This document shows positions 42,475 to 53,349 of a DNA stretch of 64,000 bases, in pieces (positions within the stretch are counted from its first letter, which is position 1; every line of letters starts with the position of its first letter). The translations under genes and the position numbers were made by a program. Source of the DNA: Calditrichia bacterium (GTDB taxonomy: Bacteria; Calditrichota; Calditrichia; JAJRVZ01); NCBI GenBank assembly GCA_963777955.1, contig CAVZSQ010000022.1, forward strand, positions 384,001-448,000, in the 5' to 3' direction. The notes beneath the pieces are model-generated. The model made no database searches and had not been told where the DNA came from. It saw only the letters and a list, made by a program, of their open reading frames with translations.

Positions 42475-43896
42475 ATGAATAAAATAAAAATAGTATTAAT
42501 TTCTTTTATCGCCCTGGCCTTATTTCTGGCCGGATGTTCGCTGGATGCGCCGACCGAAAAACAGACCGTGCTGAAAACCGGCACAGCGAACCTGGCCAGT
42601 TATGTAGCCCTGGGAAACAGTATAACCGCCGGATTCCAATCTGGTGCTTTAACTGAAAAGCATCAAATTTATAGTTACCCCAACCTTCTGGCTGAACAGA
42701 TGGGTGTAGGTAATTTTGTACAGCCGCTGCTGGCCTATCCGGGTCTGGGTTCATTTACGGCAGATTCAGCTGGAATTCTGCAATTGGTTATGCTGGCCAG
42801 TCCTACCACCGGTAATCCGGTTATTACCCCAGTTCCTTATACGGATTATGCTGCTTATATGGCCATGCCTTATGTAAGTGTCGATGTGGCCACATATGCG
42901 GCACCTTATAATAATTTAGGTGTACCCGGTGCGGTTACGTACGATATTATGAATGCTGTGGATGCGGGTACCAGTGCCTCTCGAACTAACTCCATGTTCA
43001 ACGTAGTATTGCGTAATCCTGGTTTGGGCAATACAACTGCTGCCCAGCAGGCTGCGTTATTAAAACCGACTTTTGTTACCTGCTGGATCGGCAATAACGA
43101 TGTTCTGGGGTATGCCGCCAGCGGTGGTACTTATCCGCCGACCCCTACGCCGGTTGGAGATTTTACCGCGCTTTATACTGCCCTGCTGAACGCCCTGGTA
43201 GCAATTGAGGTTGATACGGTTACTACTTCCCAGGTAGTGGTTGCTAATATCCCGGATGTAACTGCGATTCCTTATTTTACTACGATCCCGTATATGGTTG
43301 ATGTACCCGAAGTAGGCCCGGTTGCTCTGGTCATCCAGACCGGTGCCGGCGCAATACGCCAGGCCACGGCTGCCGACCTGATTTTATTACCTGCTTCATC
43401 AGTCATTGGTGATGTCTCCGGTGCATATGGACAAGCCGGATACCCGGTTGGTCTGGCCGCACAAGCACCGCTGCCGAATTCACTGGTACTGGATGCTGAC
43501 GAGGTAGTCATAGCCCAGGCAGCAACAGCTGCTTTCAATGGGGTAATTGCTGCCCAGGCAGCAGCCCATGAACTTTATGTGGTGGATTTTTATGGTATTT
43601 TCAATGGGATCAAAGCGAATGGTTATCAGACCGGCGGAATGGATTTCTCCACTGATTTCATTACCGGCGGCATTTTCAGTCTGGATGGCGTACATCCGTC
43701 TGATATTGGTCATGCGATTATCACCAATGAGTTTATAAAGGTGATCAATGCCCAGTTCAAGTCTACCATTCCGCCCGTCAATATTGTCGAATTTTCAAAT
43801 AATGTTTCGCTCAAGATGAGTGCAAAGAACGTGCAAATTCCGGGTCCCGATGCCTTTAAATCCGTGATCGCGGCCTGCGGCGGAATTGTCAGATAG
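42475..43896 (+). CDS. SGNH/GDSL lipase-like lipoprotein
   Basis: LAGC lipobox, VALGNSITAG, NNLGVPGA, WIGNND and FSLDGVHP motifs. Confidence 0.9.
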   Translation: MNKIKIVLISFIALALFLAGCSLDAPTEKQTVLKTGTANLASYVALGNSITAGFQSGALTEKHQIYSYPNLLAEQMGVGNFVQPLLAYPGLGSFTADSAGILQLVMLASPTTGNPVITPVPYTDYAAYMAMPYVSVDVATYAAPYNNLGVPGAVTYDIMNAVDAGTSASRTNSMFNVVLRNPGLGNTTAAQQAALLKPTFVTCWIGNNDVLGYAASGGTYPPTPTPVGDFTALYTALLNALVAIEVDTVTTSQVVVANIPDVTAIPYFTTIPYMVDVPEVGPVALVIQTGAGAIRQATAADLILLPASSVIGDVSGAYGQAGYPVGLAAQAPLPNSLVLDADEVVIAQAATAAFNGVIAAQAAAHELYVVDFYGIFNGIKANGYQTGGMDFSTDFITGGIFSLDGVHPSDIGHAIITNEFIKVINAQFKSTIPPVNIVEFSNNVSLKMSAKNVQIPGPDAFKSVIAACGGIVR

Positions 43897-43918
43897 TTTC
43901 TGTTGATATGCAATGTTT

Positions 43919-43954
43919 AAAAAACCAGCGTTTGATTAACGCTGGTTTTTTTTT
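43919..43954 (+). terminator. intrinsic terminator
   Basis: AAAAAACCAGCG-tttgattaa-CGCTGGTTTTTTTTT. Confidence 0.9.
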
Positions 43955-43981
43955 GACCGGATGGAATTATTTATTTATAAT
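43953..43981 (+). promoter_or_regulatory. sigma70-type promoter for the TlpA gene
   Basis: TTGACC-N17-TATAAT; the -35 element overlaps the terminator T-tract. Confidence 0.75.
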
Positions 43982-44012
43982 ATGGCAATTATGTTCGATT
44001 GTCAGGATATGA

Positions 44013-44036
44013 GTCCCCTCGACGATGCTCGGGGAC
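44013..44036. repeat. short imperfect palindrome (REP-like) in the 5' UTR
   Basis: GTCCCCTCGACGATGCTCGGGGAC. Confidence 0.4.
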
Positions 44037-44059
44037 CGGTTAAAAAGGGAGTTGAAAAT

Positions 44060-44668
44060 TTGAAAATTGTAATTTTAATCCTGATTCTGAGCCTGGCTTT
44101 TACTGTTGCGGGACAAACAGTTCAGACGGCCGCAGGCCTGGCGCCCAGACAGGCCGCAGGCCTGGCGGTCAGACAGACCGAAAATTCCAAACCGAATAGT
44201 CCGGCAATCGGTAAAGAGGCCCCCACATTTTCATTGCCCGATTTACAGCAGAAGTACGTGGCCTTGCGTGATTTTTGCGGCCCCAAGTTGAATAAACCAT
44301 GGATCAATAAAACCAAGCAGGTGGTGGTATTGAGTTTTTTTGCCACATATTGTATACCGTGTCTTAAGGAAATTCCGCATCTGGAAAAAATCGAGAGTAA
44401 TTTTGACGGGCAGCCGGTAAAATTTCTGTTGGTCAATGTCGGCGAAGAAGAAGCGAAGATAAAAGAATTTCTGAGCGGGAATTCTGTTAAACTGGATATC
44501 CTGCTTGACCGGTACAGTAAAATCGCTGAGAAATATGATGCCCTGTCTTTACCCAGATTATATGTGATCGATAAAGAGGGAATTGTGCGTAAAGAGCAAA
44601 AAGGATTCAGCGATCCGGAACAGTTTGAGATAGAATTGACCCGCATGCTCACTGATTTATTAAAATAG
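44060..44668 (+). CDS. TlpA/ResA-like thioredoxin-fold disulfide reductase
   Basis: TTG start after AAGGGAG; APTFSL, FFATYCIPCLKEIP and LPRLYVID motifs. Confidence 0.88.
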   Translation: MKIVILILILSLAFTVAGQTVQTAAGLAPRQAAGLAVRQTENSKPNSPAIGKEAPTFSLPDLQQKYVALRDFCGPKLNKPWINKTKQVVVLSFFATYCIPCLKEIPHLEKIESNFDGQPVKFLLVNVGEEEAKIKEFLSGNSVKLDILLDRYSKIAEKYDALSLPRLYVIDKEGIVRKEQKGFSDPEQFEIELTRMLTDLLK

Positions 44669-44791
44669 ATTTTTGATATCTGTGACTGATTGTCAGGCAG
44701 ACAATTTAAAAGCCTAAATAAATCCCAAAAATTTCTTGCTTTAGTAATAAAATATAATAAATTACAGGCACAATCATTTTACTGGTTTATT

Positions 44792-45196
44792 ATGCGTCGT
44801 ATTTCCATTATAATAGTGGTATTATTACCTATATATCTGTTAGCTCTGACAGGTTATATAATTTTTTCAGAGTGCAGTGCCACACCGGCCAATAACAAAG
44901 TCACTATTACGTGGGTCACTAAGACTGAGTCAGGGGTGAGTAAATTCATTATCCTGCGCAGTTTGGACGATAAGGTTTTCAATGAAGCAGGTAATACCCT
45001 GGCCAGAGGGACGGCGGGAAATTATTCTTTCACCGATGCCAATGTAATTTTCAAAGATACTCAGACTTTTTTCTATAAAATACGGGCGGTCCGGAGCAAT
45101 AATACCATAATTGAAGACAGTGAATCTCTGATGGTTAATCCTAATATATCCGGCATCTTCCGTACCTGGGGCGCGATTAAAGCTATATTCCGTTAA
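44792..45196 (+). CDS. exported small beta-sandwich protein ending in TWGAIKAIFR
   Basis: Signal peptide; V.ITW.T..E..V..F.I.RS.D, YSFTD and YKIRAV (FN3-like). Confidence 0.7.
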   Translation: MRRISIIIVVLLPIYLLALTGYIIFSECSATPANNKVTITWVTKTESGVSKFIILRSLDDKVFNEAGNTLARGTAGNYSFTDANVIFKDTQTFFYKIRAVRSNNTIIEDSESLMVNPNISGIFRTWGAIKAIFR

Positions 45197-45222
45197 TCGA
45201 AACAGTTAAATAAATCTTAGGC

Positions 45223-45253
45223 AACCCTTTTCCTGTGAGAAGGGTTTTTTTTT
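45223..45253 (+). terminator. intrinsic terminator
   Basis: AACCCTTTTC-ctgt-GAGAAGGGTTTTTTTTT. Confidence 0.8.
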
Positions 45254-45267
45254 ATCCGGAGGAGCAT

Positions 45268-46930
45268 ATGCGGTTGCTGGGTGCCTTAATGATTATGGGG
45301 GTCATGATGTTTTCCTGTCACAACAGAATACAGCCGGCCGATCGTGTTTTTCGCAACGGCCGGTTCTGGACAGTTGATGCAAATCAACCGCGGGCAGCGG
45401 TGGTGGGAATCAAAAACGGCAGGTTCAATTACGTAGGCCCGGAAATCCCCGCTGGCCTGATCGGACCGGAAACGGAAGTGATCGACCTGCAGAATGGTTT
45501 TGTTCTTCCGGGAATGAATGATGCCCATCTGCATTTACTGACCGGCGGTTTCTCCTTAAGCCAGATCGATTTACGCCACTGCCGGAGCAAAACAGAATTC
45601 ATCGGGAAAATTTCCGACTATGCAAAAAAGATGCCGCCCGGGGAATGGATACTCGGTGGAAACTGGGATCATACCCTGTGGCCTGATGCCGAAGGATTAC
45701 CGGCACGATCATGGATTGACAGAGTAACCCCGGCAAATCCGGTTTTTGTTAACCGACTGGACGGGCATATGGCTCTGGCCAATTCTCTGGCCCTGAAACT
45801 GGCCGGTATCGATGAGAATGTGGCTACACCCCCCGGCGGTGTGATCGTTCGGGACCACCAAGGGAAATTGACCGGTATCCTTAAAGATGCGGCTATGAAT
45901 TTAGTCAGCCGGGTCATACCCGAACCCGGTCCGGAATTTAAATTGATGGCTGCAGAGAATGCGGGGAGATACCTGTTGGAAAATGGCGTCACTTCGGCCA
46001 ATGATATGGGTAACTTATCCGACCTGGCAGTATATAAACAATTGATCGCACAGAATAAATTGAAGGTGCGTCTGACCTGTTATATCCCCATCGCCAACTG
46101 GCAGGAGTTGAAATCTGTGACTGATGGGACGGTGGATCATAACCTGCTGAAAGTTAATGGAGTGAAGAGTTTCATGGATGGTTCCCTCGGTTCAGGAACG
46201 GCCAGATTTTTTGAACCCTATCTGAATGATCCGCAAAATCGCGGGGTATGGGACGAGCAGGCCATACCACCGGAAAAAATCTATGACCGGCTCAAAGCGG
46301 TGGATAGTTTAGGGAAACAGGTAGCCGTGCATGCTATCGGGGATGAAGCCAATGCCCGCTTGCTGGAGTTTTATGCGTGAAATTAAGGCAGGCAGCAAAG
46401 GTCGTGATCAGCGCTTCCGTATTGAACATGCCCAGCATTTACGCTGGGAGGATATACCCAGGTTTTCTCAGCTGGGGGTGATTGCCAGTATGCAGCCGTT
46501 TCATTGCATCGACGACGGCCGCTGGGCGGAAGAACGGATAGGTCTGGAAAGATGCCGTTCCACCTATGCTTTTCGTACCCTGTTAGACAGCGGGGCAGTG
46601 CTGGCCTTTGGCAGCGACTGGTACGTGGCGCCGGCAAGTCCATTGTGGGGCATTTATGCGGCAGTAACCCGTCGGACACTGGATGAAAAAAATCCTGATG
46701 GTTGGATACCTGAGCAAAAAATTACTGTTGAAGAAGCAATCCGCTGCTATACCATCAATGGTGCTTATGCTGATTTTTCAGAGCGGGAAAAGGGGAGCCT
46801 GGAGACCGGCAAACTCGCCGATTTTGTGGTACTTTCGGAAGATCTTACTAAAATCGATCCGGTGGAAATAAAAGAATGTTCAGGTACTGAGAACGGTTGT
46901 CGGGGGAGAAACTGTATTTGAAAAAAAAAC
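45268..46930 (+). CDS. YtcJ-like amidohydrolase (amidohydrolase_3); frameshifts near 46370 and 46870; appears fused to the downstream esterase
   Basis: [42 protein letters not shown] and GKLADFVVL motifs. Confidence 0.9.
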
Positions 46931-47969
46931 TATAGATAATAAATATTTCCCGGCGGACAATCCCTTTATTCAATATACCGGCCGCATTGATTTCGCTGAT
47001 CCCCAAAAACCTAAATTGGCCGGAGCAGGATGCTATCTGCAGGGAATCTTCACGGGCAGTTCCATTGAAATGCTGCTGCAGGACCAGCATTTGAATGGAA
47101 ACCGGAACTACATGTCGGTAGTGCTGGACGGAGAATATCTGGGAAGGATACGAATGACAGCCGGCCAAAACCGTTATGTGCTGGCGGAAGGATTGGAAGA
47201 CAGAGAGCATACTATTTTAGTTTGCAAAGCAACCGAAGCCGCTATCGGGTATGTGGAATTTGCCGGATTCAACTGCCATGAATTATTGCCAGCCCCTGAA
47301 AAGCCTGAACGGAAAATTGAGTTTATCGGGAATTCCATTACCTGTGGGACGGGACTGGATCTTTCCGGAATTCCCTGTGATTCGGCAGAATGGTATGACC
47401 AGCACAATGCTTATCTGGCTTTCGGTCCGCTGTTAGCCCGCCGGTTAAACGCTCAATGGTTATTAAGTTCTGTTTCAGGTAGCGGTATTGAACGCAACTG
47501 GAATGGGCTGGGACCGACTCTACCGCAGGTTTACCATAATACCTATTTAAGACCTGATTCAGCAAATTTATGGGATTTTTCCGGTTATGTACCGGATCTG
47601 GTTGTGATCAGTCTGGGCACCAACGATTTCTCAGACGGAGACGGGAAAATTCCCCGGGCTTTGCCGGATTCCACAAAGTTTGTCAATGCTTATCTTCAGT
47701 TTCTAAAAACAGTCCGTAAAAATTATCCTCAGGCGGTTATCTGCTGCTTATCCAGTCCGGTCATGCAAGGAGAAAAATCAAGGATTTTACAGCAGTATCT
47801 GGAGACGATAGTTGAATATATGCATAATAAAGAAAACGATAAAAAAGTCACCAAATTTTTCTTTGCCAAGGTATATGATCATGGTTGTAACGGTCATCCT
47901 GACCGGCAGGAGCATGCGCAGATGGCCAATGAACTGGAACCGTTCCTGAAGCAAGTAATGCAATGGTAA
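46931..47969 (+). CDS. carbohydrate esterase family 2-like SGNH hydrolase; likely the C-terminal domain of the preceding protein
   Basis: PFIQYTGR, KATEA, IEFIGNSITCG, VVISLGTND and GCNGHP motifs; no start codon or RBS of its own. Confidence 0.85.
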
Positions 47970-48205
47970 TTATAGTGTTAAGGTAGATAAAGTTCTAAAA
48001 TTGGTCGGGAATACAAATCAAGTCTATTGACTTGAAATTACCGTTTTCAAAACTATAACCTTAAAAAATGTCAACTTGATTCAAAACTCTGTCATTGATG
48101 TTTTATTAGACTGGATTTATGGCAATGATCAGGATTTATTAAATTATACAGGTTATTTTTTACTGCTACATAGCGAATCTCAGATGAAATGAAGGTGTAT
48201 TGATC

Positions 48206-49522
48206 ATGCTGGAAAAGATTTTTCACCTGTCCCTTAAATAAAACTTCCCTGAAAAACGAATTCATCGGCGGTAGCACAACCTTTATGACCATGGCTTATA
48301 TTATCTTTGTGCAACCGGTGGTTCTTTCTGCCGCCGGAATGGATTTTGGTGCCGTGATTACCGCTACCTGTATCTCCAGTGCTCTGGCTATCTTTTTAAT
48401 GGGATTTTATGCAAATTATCCTGTTGCTCTGGCTCCGGGGATGGGACAAAATTTCTTCTTTGCTTATACGGTAGTCCTGACCCTGGGCGTTTCCTGGCAG
48501 GTAGCACTGGGTATGGTCTTTGTCGCCGGGGTACTGTTTGTACTTTTGACCCTGGTCGGTTTACGATCTAAGATGATCGATGCCATTCCCGAATCGCAAA
48601 AACATGCCATTGCCATCGGCATCGGTCTGATGATCACTCTGATCGGCCTGGAATGGGCGGGGCTGGTGGTGGATCATCCTTCCCTGCTGGTTACGCTGGG
48701 TGATTTTGGAAATCCGGCCACACTGTTAGCCCTGGCCGGTTTATTGATCACCTCTATTTTACTGATTCGCCGTGTGCCCGGAGCCATGCTGATCGGAATT
48801 CTGTCAACCACGCTGATCGGCTGGGCGGCAGGATTGATATCATACGGCGGTCTATTCAGTACACCACCCTCGATTCAACCGACCCTGTTCAAACTTGATA
48901 TTCTGGGGACTTTGCAGCCGGAATTATTACCGGTGGTTTTGACCTTTCTGATCCTGGCTATGTTCGATACAATCGGTACACTGGTTGGGGTAGCAAATCA
49001 GGCCGGATTTCTGGTCGATGGAAAATTACCGCGGGCGGAAAAAGCGCTGTTTTCTGATGCGGTCGGCACAATAATCGGGGCTCTGGGCGGGACGTCCACT
49101 ATTACCGCTTACATCGAAAGTGCATCCGGTGTAGCCAGCGGTGCCCGCACTGGTCTGGCCAATATCTTCACCGGCATCCTGTTCATCCTGGCACTATTCT
49201 TCTATCCGTTAATCCAGATGATTGCCGGTGAGGTAAAGACGGAAAGCGGATTGATATTGCATCCCTGCATCGCACCGGTCCTGATTCTGGTCGGGATTTA
49301 TATGATGAAGAGTGTCCGCCACATTCCCTGGGAGGATTTCTCGGAAAGCATCCCAGCTTTTCTCACCATGATTTTTATCCCATTCTCCTTCCGCATCACC
49401 GAAGGGATCGCCATCGGATTTATAAGTTATGTGATTTTAAAGACCGTCAAAGGTGAAATGAAAAAGATACCGGTCTGATGTGGATTTTTGCGGGGATATT
49501 CTTATTGCGTTATATATTTTAA
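48206..49522 (+). CDS. NCS2/AzgA-type purine (guanine/hypoxanthine) permease; frameshifts at both ends
   Basis: TTFMTMAYII.VQP, ALAPGMG, FDTIGT and YIES.SG...GARTGL motifs. Confidence 0.92.
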
Positions 49523-49524
49523 TA

Positions 49525-49584
49525 ACCCACCCCTAACCCCTCCCTTTCAGTCTGTTGACTGAAAGGGAGGGGAGGGGGTGGGTC
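49525..49584. repeat. CCCCTCCC...GGGAGGGG palindromic repeat (left flank of the array)
   Basis: ACCCACCCCTAACCCCTCCCTTTCAGTC-tgtt-GACTGAAAGGGAGGGGAGGGGGTGGGT. Confidence 0.8.
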
Positions 49585-49599
49585 ATAACAATATGCGAT

Positions 49600-49627
49600 C
49601 AGGGTTCGACTCCCATTTGCCCCCGCA
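49600..49627 (+). other. tRNA 3'-end fragment (selC-like geometry), possible att-site scar
   Basis: GGG-TTCGACT-CCC T-arm, then AT, an 8-nt strand TTGCCCCC and G-CA; no 5' half upstream. Confidence 0.5.
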
Positions 49628-49869
49628 ATATTTAAGATAAAAGATTAAAGAAAAAAGACAAAAGAACAGGAGTTTATTTAGTCTTCATTCTAAATTCAAG
49701 TACCAAATTCCAGCGAAGGGGATTTTTTGATTTAGGATTATACATTATTGGGATTTATTATTTGGTACTTGGAATTTGAGATTTATTATTATAATTTAAT
49801 GTATTAGTTATATCAGATTTATAAGAAGACGTTTTATAAATCAGAAAAGATTAATAAAATGGAATGAAT

Positions 49870-51282
49870 ATGTGTACGGCATTTCACTGAAACTCATTTC
49901 TTATAGTATGATTATCTTTGATTTTCTTTCTCAATTCCAAAATTCAGGCCCAGGTGGATACACTCTGGACAAAAACGTATGGGGGAAACTATATGTCCGG
50001 GGGTAGTAGATTCCAGCAAACAAAAGATGAAGGATATATTATAACTGGTTTCACATTTTCATACTTATTTGATGAAGATGTTTTGCTGATTAAAACGAAT
50101 GCTTCCGGTGATACACTCTGGACAAAGACATTTGGGGGGAATAAGAATGAATATGGTAATTCAGTCCAGCAGACTGAGGATGGAGGATATATTATTGCTG
50201 GAGGAACAGATTCATTCGGTACTGTTGGCGATGATATTTGGTTGATTAAAACCAATGATTCTGGTGATACACTGTGGACAAAAACGTTTGGGGGAAGTGC
50301 TCATTCAGTCCTGCAGACTTCAGACGGAGGGTATATAATAACAGGTCATAGTCTAATTAAAACTAATTCTAATGGTGATATATTATGGACAAAGGCATTA
50401 ATGGGTAATTCGGTCCAACAGACAAAGGATGAAGGCTATATCATAACTGGATCTAAATATACATTTGATAGAGGTGAGGATGTTTGGTTAATTAAAACAG
50501 ATTTCGATGGAGATACGCTTTGGACAAAAACATATGGGAAGATTGGTTATGACGAGGCTTATTCAGTACAGCAGACTATGGATGAAGGATACATTATAAT
50601 TGGAGGGATACAATCATCCCCTTATTCTTTTAATTATAAAAATGTTTGGCTAATTAAAACGAATGCCTCAGGTGATACTCTCTGGACAAAAATATTCGGG
50701 GAAAATGGAGAAGAACAGGGTTTTTCAGTCCAGCAGACTAAAGATGGAGGATATATAGTAGTAGGATGCATAGAATCGTATAGTAATTACCTCGATGTCT
50801 GGTTGATGAAAACTGATGCTTCTGGTGATGCGCTTTGGACTAAGACCTTCGGAGGAATTGGTGATGACCATGGTTTCTCAGTCCAGCAGACCGGAGATGC
50901 AGGTTATATTATTTATGGATATACGTTTTCAGTTGGTTATGGAGAAATATGGCTGATTAAAACCACTCCTGATACAATTACTACTGGTTTATGCAAAAAT
51001 GAGAGATTAATGCAGCTTGCAGAATTTGTTCTGAAACAGAACTACCCGAATCCATTCAATCCGAAAACCAGCGTTAAGTTTTCTATTCCAAGATCAGATC
51101 AGGTTACGATGTCTATCTTTACTGTTACTGGCCAGCTAATAGAATCAAAAACTATGTATTTGATTCCTGGTTCATATAGTTATGAATTTGATGGAACCAA
51201 TTATTCGTCAGGCATCTATTTTTATAAAATATCAACTTCATCAGGATTTACTGCTGGACGTAAGATGGTGTTGTTAAAGTAG
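49870..51282 (+). CDS. secreted 7-repeat (likely beta-propeller) protein with T9SS type A CTD, copy 1; signal peptide frameshifted
   Basis: Seven LWTK...QQT.D.GYII...WLIKT repeats; LKQNYPNPFNP...SSGIYFYKI...RKMVLLK. Confidence 0.88.
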
Positions 51283-51610
51283 CATGTAATTAATAATGAG
51301 TATCATTCTTATAAGTTTTAACAGGAAAAATGTCTAAAAATATTATAAATATTCAGATTTATATTGAGACTAATAGTTCGAAAATTGTACAATCCACCCC
51401 CGCTTTTTTAAATTCCTAATCTCAAATACCAAATTCCAAACAAGTATCAGTAAATGCTTTAAGAACTCGAAAAATTTGTAATTTGCAATTGGTAATTGGA
51501 ATTTGGTGCTTGGAATTTGGAATTTCGTGCTCTAAATTGATAAAGAAATCATATCGTATTTAAAAGAAGACGTCTAATAATTTAAAAAATACTTACGAAA
51601 TGGAGTGAAT

Positions 51611-53120
51611 ATGTGTAAGCAATTCACAGGAACACATATCTGTGAGCATAATTATTATCGATTTTCATTTCAACATCCACAATTCAGGGTCAGGTGGATA
51701 CGCTATGGACGAAATACGTATGGAGGTAATCAGTGATGAAGATGGTGGGTCAATCGAGCAGACAAACGACGGAGGATATATTACTTACTGGAGCGACACA
51801 ATTCATTCGGTGGTCATGGAAGCGTCGATGTTTGGCTTAATCAAAACAGATGCTTCATGGTGATACACTTTGGACAAAAACGTTTGGAGGAAGTGGTGAT
51901 GATTGTGGGCAATTCAGTGCAGCAGACCATACGATGAAGGATATATTGTAACTGGAGAGACGAATTCATTTGGTGCATGGCGATCCAATGATGTTTGGTT
52001 GATTAAAACCGAATGCCGATGGTGATACACTTTGGACAAAAACGTTTGGGAGGAATGCATTATGACGCGGAGTATATCAGTCCAGCAGACAGTGGATGGC
52101 GGATATATCATCATCAGCGATATACAGATTCGTATCGGTGCTGGTCGACATGGATATTTGGATGATAAAAACAGATGACGGACGGTGATACACTCTGGAC
52201 AAAGACATTTGGTGGAAGTGGAGATGAAGTAAGTATATTCAGTCCAGCAAACTGAAAGATGGAGGATATGTTATAACTGGAGACATACATGGTCTTCGAA
52301 CGCGAGCAATCGCCATGATGCTTGGCTGATTAGAACAAATGCTGATGGTGACACGATCTGGACAAAAACGTTTAGGGGAAGTGGTTATGAAGAGGGTTAT
52401 GCAGACCAACGGACTAAGGATGAAGGGTATATTATAACGGGACAAACAGATTTATCTGGTACTGGTAACACAGAAATGCCTGGCTTATTAAAACAAATGC
52501 CGCTGGTGACACGCTCTGGACAAAAACATTTGGGGGAAGTAATGATGATTATGGTTATTCAGTCCAGCAGACTAAGGATGAAGGATATATTATAATTGGA
52601 CAAACAGGTTCACTCGGTGCTGGTAGATTTGATGTTCGGCTGACGAAAACAAATGCCGACGGCGATACGGTTTGGACAAAAACGTTCGGGGGAAGTGGTG
52701 ATGAAGGGGCTTCTACAGTCCAGCAGACCAAAGATGAAGGGTATATTATAACTGGATACACAAATTCATTCGGTGCTGGTGATGTCATGATGTTTGGCTG
52801 ATTAAAACAACTCCTGATGCTTAACACAATCGAAAAAACTAATATTAATACTCTTTTAGATTATACGTTATCTCAAAATTTTCCAAATCCCTATAATCCG
52901 AAAACAACTTTTAAGTTTCTCTATTCCCAAATCAGATCAGGTAACGATCTCCATTTATGCAATCTCCGGTCAGATGATTGAATCAAAAACTATGAATTTA
53001 ACTCCTGGTTCATATACATATGAATTTGATGGATCTAAATATTCTACAGGTATCTATTTATATAAAATTTCGACTTCATCTGGGTTTAGTGCAGAGCGGA
53101 AAATGGTATTGTTAAAATAA
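51611..53120 (+). pseudogene. 7-repeat T9SS-CTD protein, copy 2; heavily frameshifted (pseudogene or collapsed-repeat consensus)
   Basis: Seven TGGACRAA-type repeats with many small insertions; CTD ends ...ERKMVLLK*. Confidence 0.8.
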
Positions 53121-53349
53121 TTTGCAATTGGTAATTGGTAATTTTTTATTGTGTTTAAATTGGAAATTTGATTTCAATTTGCGAAACAATAGTTCGAAAA
53201 TTGTTCATCCCCTCCGCTTTGTAATTCATTCAAGGTCAATTTGGAATTTGTATTCTATATTATTTTTATAAATTTGTATAATCATATCGTAATTCATTAA
53301 TTTATGAAGACGTCTAATAACTTAAAACTACTTATAGAATGGAGTGAAT

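Noticed and set aside
48000..48205. purine riboswitch upstream of the NCS2 permease
   Set aside because: The core TATAA...ATATGG...GTTTCTACC elements are not present.
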